Assembly (NCBI GenBank): GCA_046758445.1
Contig: JBHIAE010000001.1
Location: 32,001-96,000 of the forward strand
DNA length: 64,000 nucleotides
From: Candidatus Thorarchaeota archaeon
Lineage (GTDB): Archaea; Asgardarchaeota; Thorarchaeia; Thorarchaeales; Thorarchaeaceae
Direction of reading: 5' to 3'
The translations under genes were made by a program, and so were the position numbers. The notes below the pieces were generated by a model, which had not been told where the DNA came from, did no database searches, and worked only from the letters and a program-made list of their open reading frames with translations. Within the stretch, counting starts at the first letter, position 1. Every line of letters starts with the position of its first letter. Shown in pieces: positions 29,006 through 38,443 of this stretch.

Positions 29006-29911
29006 ATGTCGGCGGTCAAGTACTTCATTGATTTGAACTCGCGCAGGCTGAGAGTCGACGAGTTCCTTGCACGGGAGTTGAACTCCGCAGGGTATGGTGG
29101 AGTCGAGATTCGCAAAATGCCAATGAAGACAGAGGTTGTCATCCACGCCTCCCGGCCCGGTGTAGTGATTGGAAGAAGAGGATCGAAGATTCGAGAACTG
29201 ACCGAGATTCTGGAGTCGGAATTTGGTATCGAGAACGTCCAGGTCGAGGTGAGTGAGATTGAGAATCCGTGGCTCAACGCACAGGTCATGGCCTCAAGAC
29301 TTGCAAGACAACTAGAGCGTGGGGTTCGATTCAGAAGGATGGCATATTGGATCCTCAGACGTGTTATGCGTGCAGGTGCTTTAGGGTGCGAGATCATAGT
29401 GAAAGGCAAGTTGTCCAGCAGAAGAGCAAGATATCAGAAGTTCAAGCAAGCAACTGTGGCCAAGACGGGGGAGCCAGCAGACTTGTTTGTAGATGAGGCA
29501 GATGACACAGCGGTTCTGAAACCCGGAGTAATCGGAGTTAAGGTCAGAATCATGCGGCCGGACGCAAAGCTTCCCGGAGTAATAAAGGTGAAGCAGCCGA
29601 AACCACGAAAGGCCGAAGAGCCTGACGTCCTCAAGCGAGTTGAAGAAGAGGTAGAGATTGAGGAAGAAGTCAAAGAGGGGCTTGAAGGGATTACTGACAT
29701 TGAGGAACTTCGAGAACTTGAAGAGCTAGACGGACTGGAGCTTGTCACTGAGCCCGTGGAGTCGGAAGAAACCCCACCGACCGAATCTGAAGAGCCTGAA
29801 CCTGTTGAGGAGCCCGTAGAGAAAGAGGAGGCTCCGGCTCCTCCTGATGCAGAGGCCACTCTAAAAGAGCTAGAAGAGATAGAGGGTCTTGAGGAAGTAG
29901 AGGAGGAGTAG
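29006..29911 (+). CDS. rps3: 30S ribosomal protein uS3 with acidic C-terminal extension
   Basis: RPGVVIGRRG KH motif, GVIGVKVRIM. Confidence 0.97.
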   Translation: MSAVKYFIDLNSRRLRVDEFLARELNSAGYGGVEIRKMPMKTEVVIHASRPGVVIGRRGSKIRELTEILESEFGIENVQVEVSEIENPWLNAQVMASRLARQLERGVRFRRMAYWILRRVMRAGALGCEIIVKGKLSSRRARYQKFKQATVAKTGEPADLFVDEADDTAVLKPGVIGVKVRIMRPDAKLPGVIKVKQPKPRKAEEPDVLKRVEEEVEIEEEVKEGLEGITDIEELRELEELDGLELVTEPVESEETPPTESEEPEPVEEPVEKEEAPAPPDAEATLKELEEIEGLEEVEEE

Positions 29912-29913
29912 AC

Positions 29914-30120
29914 ATGGCAAGACTCACAGCAAAGGACATCCGCAAACTTACGCCAGCCGAGCGCCAGAAGAAACTGGAAGATCTGTACAACGAGCTCTCA
30001 GAGATTAGAATTCAGTTGGCGACAGGCGGAGGCACAGAGAACCCATTCAGGATCAGGAATGTCAGGAGAGCCATTGCAAGACTCCTGACGATTGAGAGCG
30101 AAATGGAGCGTGAGAGGTAA
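29914..30120 (+). CDS. rpl29: 50S ribosomal protein uL29
   Basis: NP.RIR.VRRAIARLLT; synteny. Confidence 0.96.
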   Translation: MARLTAKDIRKLTPAERQKKLEDLYNELSEIRIQLATGGGTENPFRIRNVRRAIARLLTIESEMERER

Positions 30121-30122
30121 TC

Positions 30123-30407
30123 ATGAAGACCACGCCAAGCATTCTAACAAGACATGAGCTCCTTGGACTCCAGACTCACGTTGTGAGCTCGTCCGACCCA
30201 GGACTAGTCTGCAAGAATGGTACAATCGAGCATGAGTCGAGAGAGATGATACATCTGTCTACAGAAAGAGGCCTCGTTAGGCTGCCAAAGAAAGTGTGCG
30301 TGTTTAACATTAGCCTCACAAATGGAACTGTCGTCAGAGTTGACGGTAGCTTGTTGAGAGGAACTCCTGAGGATAGGCTGAAGAAGCGCAAGAGTCGGAG
30401 ATGGTGA
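30123..30407 (+). CDS. rnp1: RNase P protein subunit 1 (Rpp29)
   Basis: HELLGL..V..S.DP, VDGS.L.G.PEDRLK. Confidence 0.93.
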   Translation: MKTTPSILTRHELLGLQTHVVSSSDPGLVCKNGTIEHESREMIHLSTERGLVRLPKKVCVFNISLTNGTVVRVDGSLLRGTPEDRLKKRKSRRW

Positions 30408-30410
30408 TCA

Positions 30411-30773
30411 ATGTCGGAAACCAAGGTACGCAATATAGGAATTCCAAATGTAGAGCCGCCTGAAAGAGTCTGTGACGACCCGCATTGTCCATTTCATGGC
30501 AATCTTCCTGTGAGGGGTCGTGTCATGGAGGGTACAGTCACTAGTGTGAAAATGCGCAAGGCAATCACATTCCAGCAAGACTATCTTAGTCTAATCAAGA
30601 AGTACTCAAGATACGAACGACGTAGATCGAAGAAACACGCCCATCTTCCACCATGTATTGATGTGAGCATTGGCGACTTTGTCAAGACTGTCGAGTGTCG
30701 ACCCATAAGCAAGACCGTATCCTGTGTAGTGGTGGGAGTTACAAGGAAGAAAGACGAGAAGGAGGAGGCATAG
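30411..30773 (+). CDS. rps17: 30S ribosomal protein uS17
   Basis: CDDPHCPFHG, ECRPISKT. Confidence 0.97.
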   Translation: MSETKVRNIGIPNVEPPERVCDDPHCPFHGNLPVRGRVMEGTVTSVKMRKAITFQQDYLSLIKKYSRYERRRSKKHAHLPPCIDVSIGDFVKTVECRPISKTVSCVVVGVTRKKDEKEEA

Positions 30774-31196
30774 TTGTCAAGGAAGGTTGGCAGAGGCATC
30801 AAGAAGTTCATGCCAAGGATTGCACGGGGCTTGCCAATTGGAGCCAAAATTCTTTGTACTGACAACTCCGGTGCCCGAGAGCTCCAGATTATTACTGTAT
30901 TTGGATACAAGGGAAAGCTCAGGAAGCTCGGAAAGGCTGGCATCGGAGATAGAGTCAACGTTTCAGTGACCAAGGGCAAGCAGGACCTGCGAAAGCAGGT
31001 ATTGCAGGCGGTCATAGTTAGACAGAGAAAATCGTACCGCCGGCCTGATGGTACGTGGATGCAGTTCGAAGACAATGCAGCAGTCCTGATTAAACCAGGC
31101 GGAGAACCTCAGGGCTCAGAACTGCGGGGCCCGATGGCGAGGGAAGTTACTCTGAAATGGCCACGAGTGGCGGCCATAGCGTCGAAGATAGTGTGA
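30774..31196 (+). CDS. rpl14: 50S ribosomal protein uL14
   Basis: DNSGA, FEDNAAV; TTG start. Confidence 0.97.
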   Translation: MSRKVGRGIKKFMPRIARGLPIGAKILCTDNSGARELQIITVFGYKGKLRKLGKAGIGDRVNVSVTKGKQDLRKQVLQAVIVRQRKSYRRPDGTWMQFEDNAAVLIKPGGEPQGSELRGPMAREVTLKWPRVAAIASKIV

Positions 31197-31200
31197 GGTT

Positions 31201-31593
31201 GTGACGATGACAAAGAAACCGAGTTCAAAGGCCCCAAAGAAGCAGAGACGACGCATCTACAAATCGCCCCTACACTCGCGACGAAACATGCTGAAGTGTA
31301 GACTTGACGAGTTCCTTCAAGAAGAGTATGGCATGCGCTCCATGAGGATCAAGAGGGGCGACCTGGTGCGCATCATGAGAGGGCAGTTCCGGGACACGGA
31401 GGGAAAGGTCATCGCAGTGGACTACCGTAACATCCGGGTCCATCTTGAGAACGCAACCGTTACGAGAGCTGATGGTAAGGAGGCCCAGATTCCGATGCAT
31501 CCTTCCAATCTAATGTTGGTCAAGCTTGAGCTTGACGACGACAGGAAGAGGATACTTGAGAAGAAGGTTGTTCAGCTTGAGGAGAGTGAATAG
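31201..31593 (+). CDS. rpl24: 50S ribosomal protein uL24
   Basis: GD.VRIMRG KOW motif, HPSN. Confidence 0.97.
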   Translation: MTMTKKPSSKAPKKQRRRIYKSPLHSRRNMLKCRLDEFLQEEYGMRSMRIKRGDLVRIMRGQFRDTEGKVIAVDYRNIRVHLENATVTRADGKEAQIPMHPSNLMLVKLELDDDRKRILEKKVVQLEESE

Positions 31594-32346
31594 ATGACGA
31601 GAAGAGGGCAGAAGAAGCACCTGAAGCGGTTGCCGGCTCCAAGACACTGGCCGATCAAGAGGAAACATGGAAAGTTCGCCACAAAACCAGTTGCAGGACC
31701 TCATCCAAAAGAGCACTGTCTGACACTTACTATTCTCCTCAGAGAGATCCTAGGCTATGCGGAGAACATGCGAGAAGTGAAAGCGATTCTGTCAACAGGC
31801 CAGATACTTGTCGATGGAAGAACTCGCAAGGACCCCCGATATCCTATAGGGATGATGGATGTCATCGAGGTCAAGGGTTCTGGCGAGCGTTTCAGACTAC
31901 TGCCTAGAACTCGAGGAGGACTCCGACTTGTTTCGATTGATGAGAAGGAAGCCGGTTTCAAGCTGTGCAGAATTGAGAAGAAGATGATGGTCCCAGGAGG
32001 AACCCTTCAGATGACTCTGCATGATGGAAGAAACCTCTTCCTTCCAGAGGGAGCCAAACCTTCTGACTTCAAGACACTAGACACGGTGAAGGTGTCTATA
32101 CCGGAACAGAAGTATATGAAGACACACCCACTTGAGAAGGGAGCCTATGCAGTGGTTAGTCGTGGCAAGAACATTGGCATCGAGGGGAAGATCATCGAGG
32201 TTGAGAGGCGCTTCGGCACTCATGCCAGCACAGTGACTCTGGAAGATCCAGAGGGAACTCGGTTCCAGACTGCTTTGGAATATGTGTTTGTGCTTGGTAA
32301 GAAAGCCTCTGAAGTGAGCCTTGAATCAGGAGGGGCGGAATCATGA
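31594..32346 (+). CDS. rps4e: 30S ribosomal protein eS4
   Basis: KHLKRL.AP..W, GPHP, LHDGRN. Confidence 0.97.
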   Translation: MTRRGQKKHLKRLPAPRHWPIKRKHGKFATKPVAGPHPKEHCLTLTILLREILGYAENMREVKAILSTGQILVDGRTRKDPRYPIGMMDVIEVKGSGERFRLLPRTRGGLRLVSIDEKEAGFKLCRIEKKMMVPGGTLQMTLHDGRNLFLPEGAKPSDFKTLDTVKVSIPEQKYMKTHPLEKGAYAVVSRGKNIGIEGKIIEVERRFGTHASTVTLEDPEGTRFQTALEYVFVLGKKASEVSLESGGAES

Positions 32347-32921
32347 GCGTCACACCAAACGAGGACCTCTTCTTGGCTGATTGGAGGGATAACCCCATGA
32401 AACAACCCTTCATAGCTAAGGTCGTAGTTGACATGTGTACGGGAGGTGGCGAGCCACTGAACAGGGCATCTACGATTTTGGAGCAGCTCACTGGACAGGC
32501 TCCTGTACAGTCGCGAGCTCGTCAAACAGTTCGCGATTTCGGAATCAGAAGGAAGGAACCAATTGCTGTCAGAGTCACTCTGCGAGATGACAGAGCACAA
32601 AAGTTCCTCACCCGTGCACTTGAAGCAAAGGAAAACAGCCTCTTGATTCGCAACTGGGATGAAGACGGCAACTTTGCGTTCGGAATTGGCGAACATATCA
32701 ACATACCTGACGTGAAGTATGACCCTCAGTTGGGCATCCAGGGGATGAACATCACAGTCTGTGTTGAGCGACCTGGATTCCGGGTGAAGAGAAGAAGAAG
32801 ACGCAGAACAAGAGTTCCGTACCGACATCGGATAACCCCCGAGGAGAGTATGGTCTTCATCAAGAACAAATTCGGCATAGAGATTCTCGAGAAGGAGCGA
32901 GAACGCACTTACTTGTTCTGA
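32343..32921 (+). CDS. rpl5: 50S ribosomal protein uL5
   Basis: NPM, FGIRR.EPI, GNFAFGI.EHI. Confidence 0.97.
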   Translation: MSVTPNEDLFLADWRDNPMKQPFIAKVVVDMCTGGGEPLNRASTILEQLTGQAPVQSRARQTVRDFGIRRKEPIAVRVTLRDDRAQKFLTRALEAKENSLLIRNWDEDGNFAFGIGEHINIPDVKYDPQLGIQGMNITVCVERPGFRVKRRRRRRTRVPYRHRITPEESMVFIKNKFGIEILEKERERTYLF

Positions 32922-32932
32922 GGTGATATGTG

Positions 32933-33103
32933 ATGAGCACTAGGAAAGACAGGAGCAAGAAGCGCAAGAAGATGGGTAAAGGCAGTAGGAACTGTGTCCG
33001 CTGTGGTACTCATCAGGCCATAATACGATCTTATGGTCTCAACATGTGCCGTCGCTGCTTCCGGGAAACAGCGGAGAAGCTAGGGTTCCGTAAGTATAGT
33101 TGA
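32933..33103 (+). CDS. rps14: 30S ribosomal protein uS14 (Zn-type), not in ORF track
   Basis: [32 protein letters not shown]. Confidence 0.97.
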   Translation: MSTRKDRSKKRKKMGKGSRNCVRCGTHQAIIRSYGLNMCRRCFRETAEKLGFRKYS

Positions 33104-33119
33104 AGGAGGCCAAAGAGAG

Positions 33120-33512
33120 ATGACACTACTAGACCCATTGGCTGATGCAATGTCGAGCATCTACAACAGCGAAATAGTTGGAAAGCCTGAGGTAATTGTA
33201 GCGCCGGCTTCCAGTCTTATTGAGCGTGTGCTGCAGGTAATGCAGACACAGGGATACATTGGCGAGTTCGAGCGCATTGACGATGGAAAAGCAGGAAGGT
33301 TTCGCATTCAGCTCATGGGACGCACTAACAAGTGTGGCGTAATCAGACCCAGGTTCCCGGTGAAACGAGACGGATTCGAAAGATTCGAGAAGCGCTTCCT
33401 ACCAGCGTACGATTATGGAGTTCTGATTGTCACAACTCCTCAAGGAGTAATGACACATCGTGATGCCAAGAACCTAGGGATCGGAGGAAGATTACTGGCG
33501 TTTGTGTATTGA
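33120..33512 (+). CDS. rps8: 30S ribosomal protein uS8
   Basis: [23 protein letters not shown]. Confidence 0.97.
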   Translation: MTLLDPLADAMSSIYNSEIVGKPEVIVAPASSLIERVLQVMQTQGYIGEFERIDDGKAGRFRIQLMGRTNKCGVIRPRFPVKRDGFERFEKRFLPAYDYGVLIVTTPQGVMTHRDAKNLGIGGRLLAFVY

Positions 33513-33525
33513 ATGGAGGTCTGAC

Positions 33526-34092
33526 ATGATGTCTTCGAGTTACGTGTACGAGAAACGGATTGAGGTACCGAGTGAATGTCAGGTTTCCTTGGACGGGAAG
33601 ACTGTCACAGTCAGCGGCCCAAAGGGGTTTCTTCAGCGGGGTTTCCCAGAGCCTCAGACGACCATAGCAATCGATGGGAACGAGTTGGTTGCAACCACCA
33701 ACTTCAATCGGAAAAGAGCGAGGGCACTAGTGGGCACTGCCATTGCGCACGTGCGTAACATGATCATCGGCGTCCAGCATGGCTACACATACGAGATGAA
33801 GATAGTCTACAGCCACTTCCCGATGTCAGTCGAGGTCCAAGACAGAGAAGTGATAATCAAGAACTTTATCGGTGAACGCGGTGTTCGGAGGGCTAGACTG
33901 ATCGGAGATGTGGAGGTCAAGACCACAGAGGACGACGTCATCATCAGTGGAATAGACATCGATGCAGTTTCCCAGAGCGCAGCCAATATTCAACTAGCGA
34001 CCAAGATTCGTGGTAAGGATCGACGTGTGTTCTTAGACGGAATATACGTGATTAGAAAACGCAAGGGCGAGGATGTGAAATCGATAGTATAA
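33526..34092 (+). CDS. rpl6: 50S ribosomal protein uL6
   Basis: YSHFP, NFIGE, KDRRVFLDGIY. Confidence 0.97.
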   Translation: MMSSSYVYEKRIEVPSECQVSLDGKTVTVSGPKGFLQRGFPEPQTTIAIDGNELVATTNFNRKRARALVGTAIAHVRNMIIGVQHGYTYEMKIVYSHFPMSVEVQDREVIIKNFIGERGVRRARLIGDVEVKTTEDDVIISGIDIDAVSQSAANIQLATKIRGKDRRVFLDGIYVIRKRKGEDVKSIV

Positions 34093-34105
34093 GGAGGCGA
34101 GATGA

Positions 34106-34900
34106 ATGTCTAAGAAAGCTGCAATTACTGACGTGCCCGGACTGGGACCAAAGATGGCCGAGAAGCTCGCCGAGGCAGGAGTGAAGACTGTGGCCAAGCT
34201 CTCAAAATCTAAGCCGGACAAGCTGGCTGCCAAGGTCGATGGACTCAGTGAGGCCGGTGCGGCAAAGTTCATTGCCGCGGCTCAGAGGCTCGTCCCTGTA
34301 CCAGAGGTGAAGAAGCCCAAGGCCAAGAAACCGAAGAGGAAGGCCGAGGAAGAGAAACCGAAGCCCAAGAAGAAGGTGAAGAGGCCAGAGGCCAAGCCTA
34401 AGAAACCTCGCAAGAAGAAAAGAAAGAAGAAACCAGAACCAAAGCCCGTGCTAGTGCGGGACACGCTCATAGACCAACGTCTTCTTAGAGTTGCCAAAGA
34501 GAAAAGACGGAGGCAGCCGAAGTTCCGTCATGAACAGGCCCACCGTTGGGTGCGAGTGAGTGACTCTTGGCGAAAGGTTCGTGGAATTGACAATGCCACA
34601 CGAGAGAAGCGGAAGGGCCGCATTGCAATGGTATCAGCAGGATATCGAAAACCGAGATCTGTCAGAGGACTCCACCCATCTAGATTCATCGAAATCTATG
34701 TAGAACGACCATCTCAGGTTGAAGGTCTTGACCCTGATATTCATGCGATTCGCATCGGCTCAACAGTGGGTCTGAGGAAACGCCAGGAAATAATCAGAAA
34801 GGCGGATGCCTTACTTGTGAGAGTCTTGAATCCTGGGGCACCTGAAACTATTGGTGAGGAGGATCTTTTCACAGATCTTGAAGACTTGGAGGTAGACTAG
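34106..34900 (+). CDS. rpl32e: 50S ribosomal protein eL32 with N-terminal HhH domain and Lys/Pro linker
   Basis: VPGLGPKMAEKL HhH; SWRK.RGIDN, RGLHPS. Confidence 0.95.
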   Translation: MSKKAAITDVPGLGPKMAEKLAEAGVKTVAKLSKSKPDKLAAKVDGLSEAGAAKFIAAAQRLVPVPEVKKPKAKKPKRKAEEEKPKPKKKVKRPEAKPKKPRKKKRKKKPEPKPVLVRDTLIDQRLLRVAKEKRRRQPKFRHEQAHRWVRVSDSWRKVRGIDNATREKRKGRIAMVSAGYRKPRSVRGLHPSRFIEIYVERPSQVEGLDPDIHAIRIGSTVGLRKRQEIIRKADALLVRVLNPGAPETIGEEDLFTDLEDLEVD

Positions 34901-34902
34901 AT

Positions 34903-35358
34903 ATGAAGCTCACTACCCAGAAGAGAATCGCTGCTGACGTGATGAAGGTTGGCATATCCAGAGTCTGGATGGATCCTCAGTTCGAGGACGAGATATCTCT
35001 GGCAATCACTCGAGAGGACATCAGGCGTCTTGTGGATGAGGGTGCAATCCAGAAGAAGCAGAAGATTGGAGTAAGCCGAGGACGAGCACGTTACAAGATG
35101 CAGCAGAAGCGAAAGGGTCAGAGAAGAGGACCCGGAAAACGGAAGGGCAAGCACACTACAACCCTATCGCAGAAGGATCGCTGGATGATGAAGATAAGGC
35201 CGATGCGGCGCGAGCTCCGAAGGCTGAGAGAGGAAGGTAGGATAACCAGGCGAGTCTATCGAGATTTGTACCTGAAGGCCAAAGGAAACGCCTTTAGAAA
35301 CACAGCACACCTTCGGACTTACATTGCCGAACACAAGCTGGAGGCGAAGAGGAGATGA
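34903..35358 (+). CDS. rpl19e: 50S ribosomal protein eL19
   Basis: QKRIAA, RVW.DP, RRGPG.RKG, Y.KAKGN.F. Confidence 0.97.
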   Translation: MKLTTQKRIAADVMKVGISRVWMDPQFEDEISLAITREDIRRLVDEGAIQKKQKIGVSRGRARYKMQQKRKGQRRGPGKRKGKHTTTLSQKDRWMMKIRPMRRELRRLREEGRITRRVYRDLYLKAKGNAFRNTAHLRTYIAEHKLEAKRR

Positions 35359-36128
35359 AAGAAGGTCCTACCTACAAGGTCAAATTCAGACGCCGGCGGG
35401 AAGGGAAAACGAACTACTACAGACGACGACGGCTCCTGCAATCGAGGAGTCCCCGTCTAGTTGTGAGAAAGACAAACACTCGTGTGATAGTACAACTGAT
35501 AGAGGCAAAGGTAGTCGGTGACACAACTGTGGCCACGGCCGTGTCCTCAGAGCTAGGTGGCTTCGGTTGGCGAGCTGGGATTGGCAATCTACCGGCCGCC
35601 TACCTCACTGGACTATTGGCGGGACTGAGAGCCAAGGCGAGAGGCCTGAAGGAGGCAGTACTAGACGTCGGCCTTCATCCTCCTGTTCGTGGTTCAAGGC
35701 TATACGCGGCACTAAAGGGAGCCTTGGATGCAGGTCTTGAGATACCTCACAATCCAGAAGTACTCCCTGACGAGAACAGAATGTCAGGAGAGCACATCGT
35801 ATCTGCGTACAAGCACTTCACGGAGAAGCCGAGCGAAGGACATCTCTTTAGCTCATTGGGAAAGAAGAAGACCACGATAACGACAATCCCAAAGCAGTTC
35901 AAGGCGACAAAGAAAGCGTTGCTTGAGATTCCACCTGCCCAGCTGAAGAAGAAGAAGAAACCGGCGGCTAAGAAGCCGAAGGCGGCTCCAAAGAAGCCAG
36001 CTAAGAAGGTGAAGAAAGAGAGACCTGCTGAGAAACCGCCTCGTGCCGTTCCAAGAAAACCGAAGCCCAAGAGGCTAGTGTCTCGAGGCAAAGGCAAGAA
36101 AGGAAAGAGAGGAGCCAAGAAGGGATAG
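35355..36128 (+). CDS. rpl18: 50S ribosomal protein uL18 with Lys/Pro/Ala-rich C-terminal tail
   Basis: RRRREGKTNY..R, N.PAAYLTG. Confidence 0.96.
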   Translation: MKEGPTYKVKFRRRREGKTNYYRRRRLLQSRSPRLVVRKTNTRVIVQLIEAKVVGDTTVATAVSSELGGFGWRAGIGNLPAAYLTGLLAGLRAKARGLKEAVLDVGLHPPVRGSRLYAALKGALDAGLEIPHNPEVLPDENRMSGEHIVSAYKHFTEKPSEGHLFSSLGKKKTTITTIPKQFKATKKALLEIPPAQLKKKKKPAAKKPKAAPKKPAKKVKKERPAEKPPRAVPRKPKPKRLVSRGKGKKGKRGAKKG

Positions 36129-36138
36129 GAGAGGATTC

Positions 36139-36819
36139 ATGATGAGTAGGAGACGACGTCGGCCACCACGCCGACAGGAAACAAGCCCGCTTGATGATTG
36201 GGTTCCCAAGACAGCTCTAGGGAAACTTGTCAAGGAAGGACATGTTAACAACATTGAGGAGATATTTCTCAACAACTACCTTATCCGTGAGCCTGAGATT
36301 ATTGATGTTCTGATCCCGGAGCTTCGGCAGGAAGTCGTGGATGTGACTATGGTTCAAAGACAGTCAGACAGTGGACAGCAGAAGAGCTTTCGAATCACTG
36401 TAGTGGTAGGAAATGGTGAGGGAGTCATTGGAATCGGAATTGGTAAGGCTCCAGAATTCGTTCCAGCAGTAAGGGCTGCCGAAGCCAGAGCAAAGCTGAA
36501 CGCAACTGTGTTCCGTAGGGGGTGTGGTTCATGGGAGTGTCGATGCCACGACCCGCACAGTATTCCATTTCAAACAAAGGGCACTTCAGGGTCTGTTTCC
36601 GTGACGCTCCGGCCTGCCCCCAAGGGTACTGGACTGGTCACTGCCGATGTTGGCAAGATAGTCCTCCGAATAGCGGGGCTGAATGATGTCTGGTCTATCA
36701 CGAAGGGGCGCTCAAGAACTTCCTCCAATTTCGCAAAGGCCTTTGTCGATGCTCTCACACAAACATACAAGATGCTACCTCCACAAGAATGGATGTCGTC
36801 AGGAGTGCCAGAAGAATGA
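36139..36819 (+). CDS. rps5: 30S ribosomal protein uS5
   Basis: WVPKT.LG, RGCGSWEC, PAPKGTG. Confidence 0.97.
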   Translation: MMSRRRRRPPRRQETSPLDDWVPKTALGKLVKEGHVNNIEEIFLNNYLIREPEIIDVLIPELRQEVVDVTMVQRQSDSGQQKSFRITVVVGNGEGVIGIGIGKAPEFVPAVRAAEARAKLNATVFRRGCGSWECRCHDPHSIPFQTKGTSGSVSVTLRPAPKGTGLVTADVGKIVLRIAGLNDVWSITKGRSRTSSNFAKAFVDALTQTYKMLPPQEWMSSGVPEE

Positions 36820-37298
36820 GCTCGGAGGAGAAAGTTGTATTAGCAATACGCGTCAGGGGACAGGTGAGAGTTAGACCCCAGATAGAAGACACTCTCGACA
36901 AGTTGCTCTTGGGCAGAGTACATCAAGCTAGAGTTCTGAAGCTGAACTCAAGTCTGCAAGGGATGATTATCAAGGCCAAGGACTACATCACATGGGGTGA
37001 GATTGATGAGAAGACTGCTACGATGCTTTTGTCCAAGCGTGGTCGCCTTCCTGGCAACAAGAAACTCAGCGATAGTTATGTGAAGAAGAACTCGAGCTAC
37101 AATACTATCAAGGCCCTTGCCAAAGCGATAACCGACGGCAAGGCTACAGTAAGTGACGTCGAAGGACTGAAGCCTGTGTTTAGGTTGACACCGCCACGGA
37201 AGGGATTCCGGGGCAAGAAACATCTACCAGTGGGGATGGGTGGAGTAACAGGGTACCGAGGACCCGAGATTAACGCCTTGGCCCAGAGAATGATTTGA
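36816..37298 (+). CDS. rpl30: 50S ribosomal protein uL30
   Basis: AIRVRG, DYITWGE, FRL.PPRKG. Confidence 0.96.
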   Translation: MSSEEKVVLAIRVRGQVRVRPQIEDTLDKLLLGRVHQARVLKLNSSLQGMIIKAKDYITWGEIDEKTATMLLSKRGRLPGNKKLSDSYVKKNSSYNTIKALAKAITDGKATVSDVEGLKPVFRLTPPRKGFRGKKHLPVGMGGVTGYRGPEINALAQRMI

Positions 37299-37308
37299 GG
37301 TGATATGA

Positions 37309-37854
37309 GTGAGTTGGGACGACCCATTTGATGACTCTGAAGATCCGCGAAAGAGACTCCGAAGGTGGCTAGGGGATTTTCTTCCTGAGGAAGTCTTCGA
37401 CCAGATTGATGAGATGATGCGACGAATGATGGATGACATGCAAGAAGGCGATATGTTCGACATGGATTCCATTGAGGAGTTCATGAGAGAGAACCCTGAT
37501 GGGGCTAATCCATTTGTGTTTGGCTTCTCTATGCGAATTGGCCCGGATGGCAAACCCATTATCCAGAGGTTCGGCAATGCTCCAAGTCCGGATGGCGCTA
37601 GGATGCTCCCCCAGCTAGAGCCGCTTGTCGACATTATTGAAGAGAACGATAAGATAATCGTGGTTGCTGAACTGCCTGGAGTGGAGAAGGATGAGCTAAA
37701 GGTCCGTGTTAAGGGCCAGACGCTCACTATAGATGTAGATAATCCGGAGAAACCCTATCATAAGGAGCTGAAGCTCCCGGCGAAGGTACGGAAGGAAGAG
37801 GCCAAGTCATCTATGCGAAACGGTGTACTTGAAGTGCGACTAAAGAAGGCATGA
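37309..37854 (+). CDS. hsp20: Small heat-shock protein (Hsp20)
   Basis: PFVFGFSMRIGPDGKP.I..FGN, EPLVDI, AELPGV.K, NGVLEV. Confidence 0.95.
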   Translation: MSWDDPFDDSEDPRKRLRRWLGDFLPEEVFDQIDEMMRRMMDDMQEGDMFDMDSIEEFMRENPDGANPFVFGFSMRIGPDGKPIIQRFGNAPSPDGARMLPQLEPLVDIIEENDKIIVVAELPGVEKDELKVRVKGQTLTIDVDNPEKPYHKELKLPAKVRKEEAKSSMRNGVLEVRLKKA

Positions 37855-37871
37855 GATAGGAGCAATCTGCA

Positions 37872-38324
37872 ATGCAGAAGAGGAAATCAAAGAAGATCCA
37901 TAAGATGCGGGGACGCAGATCTGCCGGCTACGGCTTCAGTGCAGGCCACAGAGCATCAGGGCAGAGAGGCGGCAAAGGAATGGCCGGCTCAAGGAAACAT
38001 CATTACATCAAGGTGATGCAGGAAGACCCCCGCTACTTTGGCAAGTGGGGCTTCAAGAGGCCTCAGAATCTCATTGATGATGTTGTTGCTATCAACATCG
38101 GTGACATAGACGAGGCGCTTGAGAGGCTTGTTGAGAGAGGAGGCGCTACCAAGAAGGGGCGCAAGTACACTGTTGATGTGTCATTACTTGGCATAGACAA
38201 GATCCTGGGCTCCGGAAAGGTGACTCAGAAGATTGACCTAGTTGGTGTGAAAGCTATCTCAGCCAGAGCACGTGAGAAAGTATTGGAGAAGGGTGGCTCG
38301 GTGGACCTCCCGAGGGACCAGTGA
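37872..38324 (+). CDS. rpl15: 50S ribosomal protein uL15
   Basis: RGG.GMAG..KHH, FGK.GF, KILGSG. Confidence 0.96.
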   Translation: MQKRKSKKIHKMRGRRSAGYGFSAGHRASGQRGGKGMAGSRKHHYIKVMQEDPRYFGKWGFKRPQNLIDDVVAINIGDIDEALERLVERGGATKKGRKYTVDVSLLGIDKILGSGKVTQKIDLVGVKAISARAREKVLEKGGSVDLPRDQ

Positions 38325-38443
38325 GGTCCACAAAGGGTGTGATTTGATTTCCACGCAAAGTGAAATGTTGATATCGAAGAACCACTAGCTTTAAAGGCAT
38401 AGCCAGGCTCGACGTCGAAAAACCCTGCAGGAGACAACAATTC

